Source: a virus
IMG/VR virus record: IMGVR_UViG_3300045999_007288
Span: 1-64,000 of that record
Strand: one strand, 5' to 3'
DNA length: 64,000 bases
Under the pieces are notes generated by a model. It had not been told where the DNA came from. It searched no databases and was given only the letters and a program-made list of their open reading frames with translations. Made by a program: the position numbers and the translations under genes. This document shows positions 48,801 through 56,871 of the stretch, in pieces (position 1 is the first letter of the stretch; each line of letters begins with the position of its first letter).

Positions 48801-50858
48801 AGTTTGTGGCACGGGCCGAAATAGACCGTCATTGGTAGATTCGTATGAACTCACCATGCGAATAATAGAACTGCCGGCGTTTATTGGATTTGAATACCCA
48901 AACGGTCCGTAAATAGGATATCCGTCTGCCGCGAATCCTATAAGTTTACTATGATTTGTTGTAGGATCTAAATACCCATTAGTAAAGCCCGATACATTTC
49001 CCCATGCATTGGCTGTAATAAAATTAGAATTTGTATAAACATAGCGACCATTTTCCAATGGATAACCGCCGTAGCTGTCTTGCCCATTTATTAGCACCTG
49101 AGTAGTATCATAATTCCATTTACTGCCGTCTAATCCAGGAACCGAAGCACCATTGCTTACACCATTGATAAGAATTCCTGGTAATGTGACCCCGATTACG
49201 TCAGACGAGTATGTAAGATTGTCGTGTTCTCCAGGATCATTCAGTCCGGGTCTATACGGATATTTCAATTTGAGATCTTGAGCGACGATATAATTTGTAT
49301 TAACACTGTTAGGAAAAGTGCCAACTTTTACGTTCACACCGTCAGGGAAATTAGTTGTGGTTATAGTAAGTTGATCTTCTGCCAAATTAAGATTAGCAGT
49401 TGCATACAATACAAATTTGTTGCCAGGGTCATAATTCGATTTTGCTTGTGCTTGGTTAACTACTAAATCTGACACTGGAATTAATCGAATTCCTGTTCCT
49501 ACTCCGTCAACATAATATTCTTTATTTTGATAAGATGCAGGCGTAACGCTGTTGTCGAAATTAATTTTTAGTCCGTTGGTAAAAACAATACCATTGGGGC
49601 TAATATAATTTGTTTTACCAATTACTTCTTCATCTATGTTAATGATATTATTATTAGAATCTATAAGCCTGATCGTACCAACTTGATTTGCATCCGATCC
49701 ATCTTGATAATACAATGTATTCAAAGGAGCAGTAATTACTGGTATCTGTTCTAATTTATTTTCAGAATTTGTATACCATTCCGTATTACCATAACTAATG
49801 CCTGACAGGACTAACACTTTATTTTCATTAGGTATAGGTAAGTAATAAACTAGATTAATTACGAAATCTGCTCCTGCAGGTGTTAATACAATCTCCCAAA
49901 TTCCATATCGTTGCCCGATTGGTACTGCGGTTGAGTTAGCGACCCAATCAGAGTCTGAATTAAATGTAGGAAAAATTAAATATTTTCCGTTTAAATTTGC
50001 AACTTGGCCGTCAATGCCGCTGTAATTATTTTTAATGTCAGACAACAGTTTGCCTTGTAAATTAGCATAGCTTATTGTGCTTACTAAATCTACTGTTTGC
50101 ACTGTTGGCATAGTAATATAGAAATCTTGTGCTGTTGGGTCTGGAACAAAGAAAGTTATAGTGCCAACATCTGTTCCGTTATTTTGTACACCCAACACTT
50201 GCCTTGTACTTAAATTAGTTTGAGGACTTAGTCCGCTTAATCCTGGATTTGTTTGGATCCAAAAAGGCTTGCCAGGTTGATTAACTTTAAATGTGTAATT
50301 TCCTCCGCGGGCCAATACAATATCGGGATTAGGCGCAGTGTTATATCCACTTACATTATAGACTTGTAGACCATTTTCGGCATAGATATTAAATGTACGT
50401 AACATATCTGCTTCGCCTGCAAATACATCAACTGATTCTGGACCATTTGGTAGCCAATAGTATTGACTAAAGTTAATAAATGCATCAGCATTTATTCTTG
50501 GATTATAACTGTAAAAATCACTTTCCCACAGATTGTCTTGATTACTAATCTTTCCGCCGTAAAAATCTATTTTTTGTAAAACTTCAGGATAGGTAGTATG
50601 AAAATCCACTTCCCCTGTTTCTTTATTTTTTACGACTATACTGGGCTCAAGTTGATAGTCTGCACGAAGTGCAGTAGGCTCTTTAACATACGTGTTGATT
50701 CCTTTGAACCCGGGCGCAAATTTTCTTCCAACATAACCATTAATGGGAACCAAATTTGGTTCTGTCATTAGTTGGTCAAGAGTAGCGTTTAAAAACCGCT
50801 TGTTGGTATCAGACTGGAATACCGCTGGAAGAAAATTTATTGTTTTAGTAATTGGCAT
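36837..50858 (-). CDS. giant (4673 aa) baseplate/tail multidomain protein with YHYH-like domain, FG-GAP propeller and CBM5/12-like repeats
   Basis: Follows the gp6-like wedge gene; HS.LIGFA.DGYPIYGP and LD.YNGRFCVTPEFP.G.YAYF; repeated FG....S.D....IGAP; W.....Y..GD.V.Y repeats; GSGY...P...I.G Gly-rich repeats. Confidence 0.8.
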   Translation of the reverse strand: MPITKTINFLPAVFQSDTNKRFLNATLDQLMTEPNLVPINGYVGRKFAPGFKGINTYVKEPTALRADYQLEPSIVVKNKETGEVDFHTTYPEVLQKIDFYGGKISNQDNLWESDFYSYNPRINADAFINFSQYYWLPNGPESVDVFAGEADMLRTFNIYAENGLQVYNVSGYNTAPNPDIVLARGGNYTFKVNQPGKPFWIQTNPGLSGLSPQTNLSTRQVLGVQNNGTDVGTITFFVPDPTAQDFYITMPTVQTVDLVSTISYANLQGKLLSDIKNNYSGIDGQVANLNGKYLIFPTFNSDSDWVANSTAVPIGQRYGIWEIVLTPAGADFVINLVYYLPIPNENKVLVLSGISYGNTEWYTNSENKLEQIPVITAPLNTLYYQDGSDANQVGTIRLIDSNNNIINIDEEVIGKTNYISPNGIVFTNGLKINFDNSVTPASYQNKEYYVDGVGTGIRLIPVSDLVVNQAQAKSNYDPGNKFVLYATANLNLAEDQLTITTTNFPDGVNVKVGTFPNSVNTNYIVAQDLKLKYPYRPGLNDPGEHDNLTYSSDVIGVTLPGILINGVSNGASVPGLDGSKWNYDTTQVLINGQDSYGGYPLENGRYVYTNSNFITANAWGNVSGFTNGYLDPTTNHSKLIGFAADGYPIYGPFGYSNPINAGSSIIRMVSSYESTNDGLFRPVPQTVTITADVINNNLITVSSTNGLNPGMRVTVNSGGLESGSVWIINNGLKTATGLSPFSGTASQVQLSSNVTLTAGTTLTFEFLAGAFIEDYSYVEGSGTLDQYNGRFCVTPEFPNGTYAYFTTQASNGSPIYPYIIGRAFYGSTSIDTNTSLSTPDYIVISRASRDLNPWTRRNRWFHKDIIELTSLYNNTPQIFDSEQRAKRPIIEFDADLQLINFGKTAKPPVDIFDTVYTNAFLSIEGKTSIFVDGINLVQGMRVIFAADQDPFVRNKIWEVTLENVSGNPLGSDIIHLIQVDVIEEFNTVSVFNGVVNNGKSFYFLGDSWVEGQSKTSINQPPLFDVFDTDGISFSNQIKYPVINSATQFLGTKIFSYKLGTGTPDPVLGFPLSYKNFNNIGDIQFENNFDVESFSYGIDKVVYTKKIDSGLLYKNNADASITKLNVWTNVNTNTRQMQDIPFTYDGIDNTFKIDVTPEVATVKPNLLVYVNFKEISINDYLAYTVPDGILIVIKRNKLQINDRIDILVYSKNTSNLGFYQIPDNLNLNAQNRTLASPTLGELRNHIGSLSRNSLYFVGNYPGVSNLRDLYIENQSGTMLQQSAPVSFAAMFLSDEKYNFASGLINAQQEYTRFKNKFINIASNSNQINPSDPVGAVDYIIKQINSVKDKTFPWYYSDMVPYGDNKNVITYNIFNPQQRNYEITTIFSNETLSNKSILIYLNGSQLLYGRDYEFLVTGPGVGIKNNITLAVGNTLTIVEYQDTDGNWIPETPSKLGLYPKFTPAIYTDITYTEPQLMIRGHDGSLTPSFGDFRDNIVLELEKRIYNNIKVQYSNKLVSPYDSIPGKFRDTGFTISQYNNLLSRFYLQWASVNNLNYVENTTYQNDAPFSYNYSTALDIVDGQILPGSWRACFQYFYDTQRPNTSPWEMLGFSEEPDWWRSTYGPAPYTSGNKILWDDLEAGYIAAGPRVGTDQKFARPGLSKFIPVNENGQLLPPIGLLTNKYDSTQFNDNWNMGQFSPVETAWRNSSEYPFAVQYTAAIINPGKYFAYGITTNKYRYNPDLDQYLITGTNNRITQEDIDVNGYVNSSGDISRSSGYLNWISDYQVTRGATNKTPLLNFVRDYSIQLSYRMAGFSGKNYLKILAEQNSPNSTNETIIIPDDNYALILNKSTPVFNSRYSAVIIEKTGNGFTISGYDSARPYFTIVPPSQTGDYLLVTSEGQTVKYFNEFTNFKINIPYGTELTTLQQVANFISGYEQYLQLQGFKFEYYDETLAQIKNWQLSTKEFLFWVQQGWTNNSVIVLSPASNNLKLFNNTAVVDGINNTFYGTKVLNQNYKVLNTDNYTVTRDNNTFALSLTSTTDLIGYVDLNLVQYEHVLIFDNKTQFNDIIYDPIMGQRQYRLKLIGSKTGEWTGTLSASGFIYNQPGVAAWRQNKDYLQGDLVEYKSFYYTASKNLPGSTEFKFSDWLPVDKNKIRTGLLNNFARNAGIGETFYNVDRVNLESEFDQYALGLIGYRNRNYLNDLGLDDTSQVKFYQGFIKEKGTLNAINALGKVSFSGRPSDVTISEDWAFRVGSYGSTGTNQSIELVLDERYVLSNPTSLEVRSNNSVLFSSLYNDSQGLYKTSVVPWSPPFLINRTIDSDYSDDIQTAGYVSVDDIDFTLFDLTNVSTLNVDISNITAGSTIWIAKDYEQNWNVYRVSDSESNVISLSNALNTRVQVTTNKSHGLVKNDTILLTGVDKFTGFYKVQSIVGLTSFIIEFTGDLRGFSTFNQTGQLYKLISMKTENPLGITELTPRLGWSVNNKVWVNSYNSNSDWAVYNKTNPWKLTTALQKGTLENNFQFGAAVNLASDDNFAVIGQPGYNGNVGAITNYVINFNGILVEDVTLTSSANATVGLGSVIESGNAKVITGAPSSGNGIGYVFIYERENIGTLSDVQILSPASSNIGSFGTSIAISADDNWLYIGAPDDDIVYIYGYDNTVPDQDVVTLTPNGSVSSFTLPYVPVSAETIYVQGSSATYVPHRDYTVSSSTITFTSPPPAGTIIISQGPGYNLVGTISGNAGSQFGYSLSATVDGSQIMIGAPLEDVTANISGNITTYTGSGAIHLWNRSINNFIVQDEFTVTFDAIAPITNYTRVYIDNIEKFVGIDWYVSNSTLNLITFYSPPGQSKILTIETNVFHPIQTIVPKQPYTDQQFGYSVDICTNSCSLYTGAPYQSQVNLYNGAVYRFLNQGKVYGEIVGTKANAIVNSGDSIRINNYAVQFTDTSLSSVVNAINNVNALGEPIGPKIPGVTASIENNKLKLVSDSEVTFDKLNILPGVGTAISDLGLDIFPEVDIIYNNSTKSYDYFGKLVKVNNNSDILVVASDIAATLQSTVFDNSKTYTPSPTTFDGELTIFSEPVDDSGAVWIYSYLPNNVSTIEFPGIFTFIQQLTPTTTNDGLKTNDRFGSAISISKYELIVGSKNNKQLAFNGGRVYKFANPTNLLGWDVLRSQEPTVDINGIIKSYTYNALTQTVQYNLDYIDPAKGKILGLAEQELTYKIDYDPAIYNNASVDNVSVNNNLYWTDQQVGQLWWDLSTVRYIDYEQGSIKYRTTNWGRVFPGSSIDVYEWVESLYPPSQYVANGGDGEPKYNGNGAYVTLTYVDPATNFATVKYYFWVKNKTTVSTNQFGRTIPTTTVASYIESPKNSGVKYFAAVRNDSIALYNMVNEAVGRDIIFHLDYAKLLNSNIIHNEYALLSATNNKSENIPNNIYNKLLDSASGIDRFGNPVPDPTLAVQNRYGIDIRPRQSMFINRNEAIREMVLYVNSIFDLNVISQGYDLTRLSEGEPEPTPNSGAYDLKVANLEELSYVNIEILPMGYKVLVQSDSSVDNLWTIYIKDGVVDNWQPNTRYLTNTIVNYNGITYTVNQTITTGATFDVNDYTYYQVQNEWNLNRVQSYATSEYWQYKDWYAQGFDRTVKPTYIIETSAQLNDLTLRSKDLVKINNNGQGKWFLIQVYPNTVVTVGIQDGTIELKKNLYALEEFGLGFDADNFDTTRFDQNPGIETRQIIQTLKDDIFIDQLDSEFLNLFFVFINYILDEQKYVDWLFKTSFINVLQKIQGLNQPAIYIKENQEFYKQYIEEVKPYKTTLREYVVDYQGYDNYNSYVSDFDVPPTYDSVLKTTRSPSGEFIQDARLLQQPEYANWLSNYAYSISSIDIIDGGSGYTLPPIITITGSRNGNNAVARALITDGVLTKIILLYPGSDYVTTPVVTIDGGNGTGAIARANLVNGLVRNVKTTLVYDRYTYSTTIVDWKPETTFTQGTIIDYAGVAYIVNQTFTSPTTFNSNVLSFLTVYPIDNINNANDRIQAYYQPELGQPGKDLSLLQSGIDYPGVKVEGPTFSDNGGFGGSGPEPPLPGISAADGFDATLFDPLEFDENGIPILSDAILDAKITSTFDDITLGTKPEDIIVDGGPFVYSYFTEWKANSYYDKGDLISYNDKVWYVVTPTTTGNVFSTANLTIYNVGPYASHAPEEMVPGRVYDTLDMTVTTIATDPTASYYTNWSTAGGIQLDYIQIIDPGSGYSPSDIGVTLTGGSYFTQAQAQVILNSNGSAVSFQVVNNGGGYDTTPEVIITGANTSPIIATAIMKLSVSPNGNAWPMMSYRIFKDMNDNFTYLREDGASTTTLAANLSLTDTTIQVTDASKLATPSPNGGQPGVVYINGERITYYSKDLSTNTLGRIRRGTGGTGAKNHFTGNVVLDGSQNQVIPESGNYVWYARSQGPGTINVNVYSSTLEGVGTTFTTLTPGTQIFAGTNEENAVESTLGNSSTSSTFTGQQLIGTISSVLSDTVALLQVTKRNPNAPEGIPVEWAYISANNTPYFVAANISNVTVRYTGNITANNSSNIVTGNGTIFLAELNVGNDLYDNGGNLIGTISNVVSNTSAYISSNSSATLTNERFTTYYTFEANVAYVQTNSWYSLGNSAQANATGVLGNTTATNGQGLFNANTLPISFLKQGLQG

Positions 50859-50866
50859 CTTTAAGA

Positions 50867-53800
50867 TTAATTAATTATAGTATTTACCGTTAAATTTTGT
50901 ATGTTTAATTGTGCTGCGGTAATAGCACTAATAATTTCAATATTTTCTACTGTGGCACAGCTTATTAAAATTTCGTTAGGTTCGCTGTTGATCTGTTGTA
51001 ATGATCCATATGTTTGACTAGTACTGTTGGGCACAATAATAATACTACTGATGTTTGGCGCTAGACCTTGTTGGATATATGTTGCCAATTCAGTGAAATA
51101 AAATGTTTCTCCAAAATCCCAGTTACCCACTGCAAAAAATGCATTGATATACGCAAGTACTTGGCTTCGGATTTCGCTGTCAGTTAAGTTAATATTTGAA
51201 TTTTTAATAATTTTAAATGTAGCTTGAAGTTCAGGTCTGGCTTTATTGCCAAACAAAGGTTTAAACTCTGCTGCATTATAAATGATAGCATCGCTGACCG
51301 ATTTATAATTTTCTAAATCTCCGAATGCTAATTTTAGGCTTTCTCCTGTTTCTTTTTCAGGTTCCTGAACTGTTCCAGTAGTATCCAATACCCATGCTCG
51401 ATATTCTGTTTCATATTCTTTAGTTAGCACATACAAATCTATTAGATTACTTGGGCTTGGATCTATTCTTCTACTGCCAGGTGCATTATGTTTATATTGA
51501 AAATACAATGATGATCGACCAACTCTTGCAATATAATCATTGCTTTCAGTTAACGATCTTGTAGTAAGATCGATGGTTAAAACATAAAAAGTTTCTTCTT
51601 CGTATGCATAAAAAATCTGTCCTTCGATATAATTGTTAATATTTGGAATAACCTCAAGTCGATTTCCAACAATCACAACTGCGGACGAAGGAATAGGTGT
51701 GAACGTTACAAAGCTATTATACCCATAAGTTTTTTCAAAGAAAACAAACTTAGTAGGAGGATCATTGTTTACATCCGGCTGCACTACGGTATTGAAAATA
51801 TCCGGATCATCTGGAACTCCGTCATTGTTTATATCACTATACGTAACCAACACTTTACTAGCATCCACATACCCATCTGATTCTGCAATCTGATCGTATA
51901 TATACCAGAGTACATTTTCTGTTAGTGGTTGACCAGTGTCGGGATCTCCATTAACTTTTAAAATATTTACACTATCGTTAACTGTAAACCCAGTTATTGG
52001 ATCAAAAATCTTTATTCTATTATCAAAATAAAATTTTGTTTCTTGTGTGCTTTCAAAAATATAACTTAATCCCCTAATTTGCACTGTATAAATCGAATTT
52101 GAAACAGTGAAGCTCAATAGCCAACTTGCATCCAAATTTTGACCGCTAGTTGAACCTTGATAGATTTGACTAAACGGATCAGTCAAATTTAAATCTTGGG
52201 CACTAATAGTTTGCCAAGTTTGAGTGTTTTGATCATATCTGATACCAAATTCACTGTAGTTACTAATTAATCCTATAAGTTTAGAAACAAACTCTGTTGT
52301 AAAAGTATTACTAAATGTAGGTATTACAGTAATAGCTTGGGCATTGGACGGTAAATTTAAACTTAATTTAACTGGGCCTTCGCCATTACTTAAATTGCCT
52401 TGATTACCGTTGCCCACTAAATTTGTAATAGAAACATAAAGTAAAGGTTGTCCGTTTTGCGGTACTTGACCACTAGAAGGTAATGCTACTATTTCGTTGG
52501 CAGAGTTAAAATAATTGCCAGGACCAGGACTGAATACAATAATACAGCCTTCGGTCAAATATCTATTATTTCCCACCACACCTGTCCCTACAGCAACTTT
52601 ATTTCCTGAAGACGGAAAATCTAAGAAATATCCAGTACTACTGCCAGATCCTGCGGTGCTTCTATTCCAATATAAGTTAGTCAGAGAGAATCTATTAAAA
52701 TATTCATAATAAAAATGTTGCAGTGACTTACTTCTTATGCTAGGCAAAATTTGATTTTCGATGATTCTATTAATATCTGCTGTTGTTCCAAATGTAAAAC
52801 TAAAACTAGAATCAGCATCTTCTTTATATAAAATTCCGTCTTCTGAGAAAATATTAGTGCTGCTGTACCTGCCACTGGTATCAAATATATCTAAGTATCT
52901 ACTAATTCCGCTGCTAGTTCGATTAACAGCTTTTACTTTACTGATTGTGCTATAGTTTGCATAAGGGAAAGTATTATAATCTTCCCCAGTGACCATACGA
53001 TTTTGTGTATAGTATAATTGTGGTGCTTTGGTTTTAATTTCAGTGATGCTTTCCCTAGGAATAGCATTGGCCACTGTATATTTTAGACTGGCAACAATGG
53101 TTAATGTTTCCAATCTACCTGCACGACTAATATAAGGTATAGTCAGACGAATATTTGTCATTTCGTCTGGTGTAATTTTATAACTTAATCCAGTACTAGT
53201 TCTAAAATAAGTTATGAAACTGCCCACAGGGATAGCAGCAAAAGTTCCATCGCCGAATACTAAATCAATTTGATCTCCTGCCCTGGTGTTAACTTGATAA
53301 CTTTTTTGTGCTGCATTATTATTATAGATAATATTGACCCCGTTAACACTGGGAATTTGATTCCATGCTTGCCCTATGTTACCCAAACTGCCAATTTCGT
53401 ATAACCACACATCTGAATTATTAATGTTATCAAAATTGATACTGGCTAAATTATTAGGTAAGCTTTCAGGAAACCGGAATGTCTGTGTTTGCAAGTTTCC
53501 TTGTTTAAAATAAAAGAAAAATCCTGTGTTGTTGCTGGCATTACCTAAATTATCATTTTTGTAAATTACGTTAAGCGGGCGGCCTGGAGCCGGGGCTGCT
53601 TCATAAATGTAACTCTCGTCTACACTGGTGCCGCTGACTACTTCAAAATTTAAAGCTGCATTTTCAATTTGAGTGTTATATCCAAAAACTGGTAATGTTC
53701 CAGGTGGTAAGTTTATATTGTACTCTGCGTTTAATACTCCAGCAATAGTCTTGCTATTACTGGGTTTACCAACTTGCTGATTGGTTGGCAAGGCTGCGTT

Positions 53801-54280
53801 AATTATTGTAATAAATTGTTCGTACCAATTAACGTTTCCGTTATCGTTCCAATTTACAATAAGATTAGTAAGGTCGATGCCGTTGCTGTCTTGTAATCTT
53901 TCAGTGGTTTGTACACTATCGAATTTTATAAAACCATTGGCCGTTTGGTTACGTTTAGGTACATAGCTAATTAATTTAGCTAGTTTTAAAACACTGTCTC
54001 TACGTTCTGCTGTATCAATAAAATTTTCACGGGCATTTAAATCTGTGCGAAATGCAAGACTTTGCCCTAAAAATGCGATAAGGTCAATTAATGCTATGTA
54101 TTCACTGGATTCGATAAAATCGTTAAAATTTTCTGGATAGTATATGCGTAGATAATCCAACATTGTTTTACGCAAAGTTTGAAAATCATAACTCTGGAAA
54201 TCCGCGTTTCTGAAAGTTTCGTAAAGAATAGTCCAGTCTTGATTGACTAAAAGACTACTTTGTCTGGTTGTAAGTGCCAT
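50867..54280 (-). CDS. gp6: baseplate wedge subunit (T4 gp6-like)
   Basis: YDF..LR, ENFIDTAERRDSV..LA..I.Y.P, FGDG.F, ES...IK..AP..Y.TQNRMVT.EDY. Confidence 0.85.
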   Translation of the reverse strand: MALTTRQSSLLVNQDWTILYETFRNADFQSYDFQTLRKTMLDYLRIYYPENFNDFIESSEYIALIDLIAFLGQSLAFRTDLNARENFIDTAERRDSVLKLAKLISYVPKRNQTANGFIKFDSVQTTERLQDSNGIDLTNLIVNWNDNGNVNWYEQFITIINAALPTNQQVGKPSNSKTIAGVLNAEYNINLPPGTLPVFGYNTQIENAALNFEVVSGTSVDESYIYEAAPAPGRPLNVIYKNDNLGNASNNTGFFFYFKQGNLQTQTFRFPESLPNNLASINFDNINNSDVWLYEIGSLGNIGQAWNQIPSVNGVNIIYNNNAAQKSYQVNTRAGDQIDLVFGDGTFAAIPVGSFITYFRTSTGLSYKITPDEMTNIRLTIPYISRAGRLETLTIVASLKYTVANAIPRESITEIKTKAPQLYYTQNRMVTGEDYNTFPYANYSTISKVKAVNRTSSGISRYLDIFDTSGRYSSTNIFSEDGILYKEDADSSFSFTFGTTADINRIIENQILPSIRSKSLQHFYYEYFNRFSLTNLYWNRSTAGSGSSTGYFLDFPSSGNKVAVGTGVVGNNRYLTEGCIIVFSPGPGNYFNSANEIVALPSSGQVPQNGQPLLYVSITNLVGNGNQGNLSNGEGPVKLSLNLPSNAQAITVIPTFSNTFTTEFVSKLIGLISNYSEFGIRYDQNTQTWQTISAQDLNLTDPFSQIYQGSTSGQNLDASWLLSFTVSNSIYTVQIRGLSYIFESTQETKFYFDNRIKIFDPITGFTVNDSVNILKVNGDPDTGQPLTENVLWYIYDQIAESDGYVDASKVLVTYSDINNDGVPDDPDIFNTVVQPDVNNDPPTKFVFFEKTYGYNSFVTFTPIPSSAVVIVGNRLEVIPNINNYIEGQIFYAYEEETFYVLTIDLTTRSLTESNDYIARVGRSSLYFQYKHNAPGSRRIDPSPSNLIDLYVLTKEYETEYRAWVLDTTGTVQEPEKETGESLKLAFGDLENYKSVSDAIIYNAAEFKPLFGNKARPELQATFKIIKNSNINLTDSEIRSQVLAYINAFFAVGNWDFGETFYFTELATYIQQGLAPNISSIIIVPNSTSQTYGSLQQINSEPNEILISCATVENIEIISAITAAQLNIQNLTVNTIIN

Positions 54281-54325
54281 GCCTGTCCTCGTTTTATGTA
54301 TTTATTGAGAACAAAATATGGTATT

Positions 54326-54703
54326 TTAAAGCATTGAATTATTTTGAATCATTTGCTGATCAAACTGCACAGCCAATTTAGCAGTCTGATTTGTTTGGAT
54401 ATAAATCAGATCTAATTCTATTTGTAATCCTCTGTCATACTGAGTTACAATCACATTCTGGGCTGCAATCCTTGGATCGTTTGCAACAATACGTTTTATG
54501 TCCTGTATTATTGTAGTTTTACTTTCTTCATTTAGGGGTTCGAATAGCATATCCCATATTATAGTACCAAATTCGGGATTCATTAACTTTTCGCCTTTGC
54601 GAATGTTAAAATGATTTTGTAGATCTCGTTTGACTAATTCAAAATCAGTCAATCGAAATCTCTTGTTACTTTCTAATGTGCTGAATCCGTTGTATAATAC
54701 CAT
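54326..54703 (-). CDS. gp25: baseplate wedge subunit (gp25-like)
   Basis: DF.LVK.DL.N.F.IRKGE..MNP.FG..I...LFEP, DPR. Confidence 0.9.
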   Translation of the reverse strand: MVLYNGFSTLESNKRFRLTDFELVKRDLQNHFNIRKGEKLMNPEFGTIIWDMLFEPLNEESKTTIIQDIKRIVANDPRIAAQNVIVTQYDRGLQIELDLIYIQTNQTAKLAVQFDQQMIQNNSML

Positions 54704-54711
54704 AACTATAT

Positions 54712-56868
54712 TTACCCTGTGCTAGTTATATTAGAGCTTTCAACACTAGCTTGTATAACGGGAACCTGTGTTTGACTGTATTTTCCTTGATTATAAAAAG
54801 CAGAAGCAGTTCTGCCATTATCGTCGGCTGTAGGTTGCCCTGTTTTATACCAGTTAGTTGCAGCAGCAGATCCGACTAAATGGGCAGCACTAACAATGCC
54901 TGCAACATCGTCTACGGAGCTGTTTGCTGCGATAATACCATTTTTTTGTAATCTTGCATAGTTCTCTTTAGTATAGTTATACATTGCCTTTTCTTGAATG
55001 GTTCCATTTTCTCTGAATGAATCCGAGCTCGAAATACCATCTTTTCCAGTCCAATTGTTGGGATTATTCAATGCTTCTGCTGTCTGCGGCGTTCCGGCCT
55101 TAATATATCCTAACTCTTGCAGTGCAAGAGACCCCAATTGATACTTGCCTTGATACCCTGCGTCATTTTGTGCTTGATAAGACCCGCCGCTTTCACTGTG
55201 TCCAATTTGTGCCATAACAGCTCTGAGTTGATTTTTATCTAATACGCCCATACTATCAATGGGCTCGGGCTGAGCAATAAAAATTCCAGCTGGTGCTGCT
55301 CCTGTTAAGTTTTCAGTAGCTGCTTGAGTTGGCCCTACATCAGTGATGTCGGTTGGAGGATTAATAGGATCTCCCAAAACATCTTTTGGCAAGCTAGCCA
55401 CTGTTTCTCTTTGACTCTGAAATACTGCTGCTGCATCACCTCTGATGTATGGTTCGTGAGTTGGTACTTTATAATTTGTAGAAATTAAAGAATTTTGTTG
55501 CGCGAACCAAATACCTGGATTAGCAACTTTAGCATCGGGTAATTGATATAAGTTTATCCTACTGGGCGGATTTATTTCTGCGCCACCACCACCACCATTT
55601 AATGCTATCGCAGCACCGTTGACTGCAATAGAGCCACCTGCTCGTATACCCATAGATTGTTGGGCAACTAAAGACAATCCAGAGCCGCTTCTTAGTTGTG
55701 CTTGTTTACCATAAAGATTTAATGCAGTTTCTGCACTAGCTTGGACTAATTGTCCTGCCATTTTAACACTGCCCACTGCTTGCATATTAATATTACGACC
55801 TGCAAAGAAGCTAATATTACTATCACTGTGCATCATAATATTACCCTGAGTACGTAAAGCAAAATCTTTTGCACCGTAGACTAAAATGTCTCCTTCTTTG
55901 GTAAGTTCTATCCATGCAGTTCCGTTAGAATTTGCAACATATATAAAACCTTCAGTGTCGTTTAACATTATCTGATGGCCCATTGCTGTTTTTAATCTTA
56001 CCAAATTATCTTTACCTAATAGATCCCCGTCGTCCATGACAAGACTATGGCCGCCCACTCTTGTTGTAACATTGTATGTCGCGGGATTAAATTCCCCTGA
56101 CACCAATTTTTGTGCGATATTAGGATCTGTTGCTGGATCTTGATTGCCAAAAGGTCTGCCAGGTGTACTAAATCCAAATACTGTACTCACTGGATCGCGT
56201 TGACTACTGCTACTAATAGCTCCACGAACATTATCACTATCTAGTCCCTGTACAATCAATCTAATTGTTTGCGGAATATGTAGTGGTTTTTGTAAGTTAG
56301 GAAGAAAACTTGATTTGCCGTAAACATCTGCACTTTCCACTGTTTCTGCTACAGGATAAAATTTTCCCGGTAATAAGTAAGGGCCTAGTCCTGATTCAGA
56401 AATGCTTTCTTGAGAAATATAACTAAGTTCTACTGAACCAATTGCCGGAGTCATATTTCTTGTAATCGAAGAATTCACGCACGCAAACCAATACCCTTCT
56501 TGGCTTCCTGGAACAAAACAACACAAGACTTCTGTTCCAATATCCGGCGGACTCATATAAAATCCGTAACTCTGGGTCGAATCTGCAAAAGTATTTTGAT
56601 TTGACTTAGGTTGTGTGTATTCTCCTAATCTACTAGATGTGCTGCCCAAAAAAGGGCTGGCATATGATACTAGTTTCCACGCCGACGCAAGATCGGGATT
56701 TGCGCCGCCAAACTGTGGTATAAACACTTGCAGTCTCCCTGACCTGGTGTTAGTGTCGATGGCTTTTACTTTTCCGATATATATTCCGCTGGGTTGCGGA
56801 ATATCAATTTTTGTAGTATCGATGAATGTAGGGTGTTTTGTACCTAAGTATGGTTGATTGTATGACAT
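54712..56868 (-). CDS. baseplate hub/spike protein (gp5/VgrG-like) with C-terminal lysozyme-like domain
   Basis: OB-fold GRLQV.IP...W...PPD.G..V; GH...MDD, RL.T..GH beta-helix repeats; C-terminal ESGG.Y...GKYQ.G muramidase-like motif. Confidence 0.75.
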   Translation of the reverse strand: MSYNQPYLGTKHPTFIDTTKIDIPQPSGIYIGKVKAIDTNTRSGRLQVFIPQFGGANPDLASAWKLVSYASPFLGSTSSRLGEYTQPKSNQNTFADSTQSYGFYMSPPDIGTEVLCCFVPGSQEGYWFACVNSSITRNMTPAIGSVELSYISQESISESGLGPYLLPGKFYPVAETVESADVYGKSSFLPNLQKPLHIPQTIRLIVQGLDSDNVRGAISSSSQRDPVSTVFGFSTPGRPFGNQDPATDPNIAQKLVSGEFNPATYNVTTRVGGHSLVMDDGDLLGKDNLVRLKTAMGHQIMLNDTEGFIYVANSNGTAWIELTKEGDILVYGAKDFALRTQGNIMMHSDSNISFFAGRNINMQAVGSVKMAGQLVQASAETALNLYGKQAQLRSGSGLSLVAQQSMGIRAGGSIAVNGAAIALNGGGGGAEINPPSRINLYQLPDAKVANPGIWFAQQNSLISTNYKVPTHEPYIRGDAAAVFQSQRETVASLPKDVLGDPINPPTDITDVGPTQAATENLTGAAPAGIFIAQPEPIDSMGVLDKNQLRAVMAQIGHSESGGSYQAQNDAGYQGKYQLGSLALQELGYIKAGTPQTAEALNNPNNWTGKDGISSSDSFRENGTIQEKAMYNYTKENYARLQKNGIIAANSSVDDVAGIVSAAHLVGSAAATNWYKTGQPTADDNGRTASAFYNQGKYSQTQVPVIQASVESSNITSTG

Positions 56869-56871
56869 AAT

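Noticed and set aside
33400-50858. Diversity-generating retroelement or invertible tail-fibre cassette
   Set aside because: No reverse transcriptase or recombinase, and no near-identical template/variable repeat pair was seen. The repeats are diverged and visible only at protein level.
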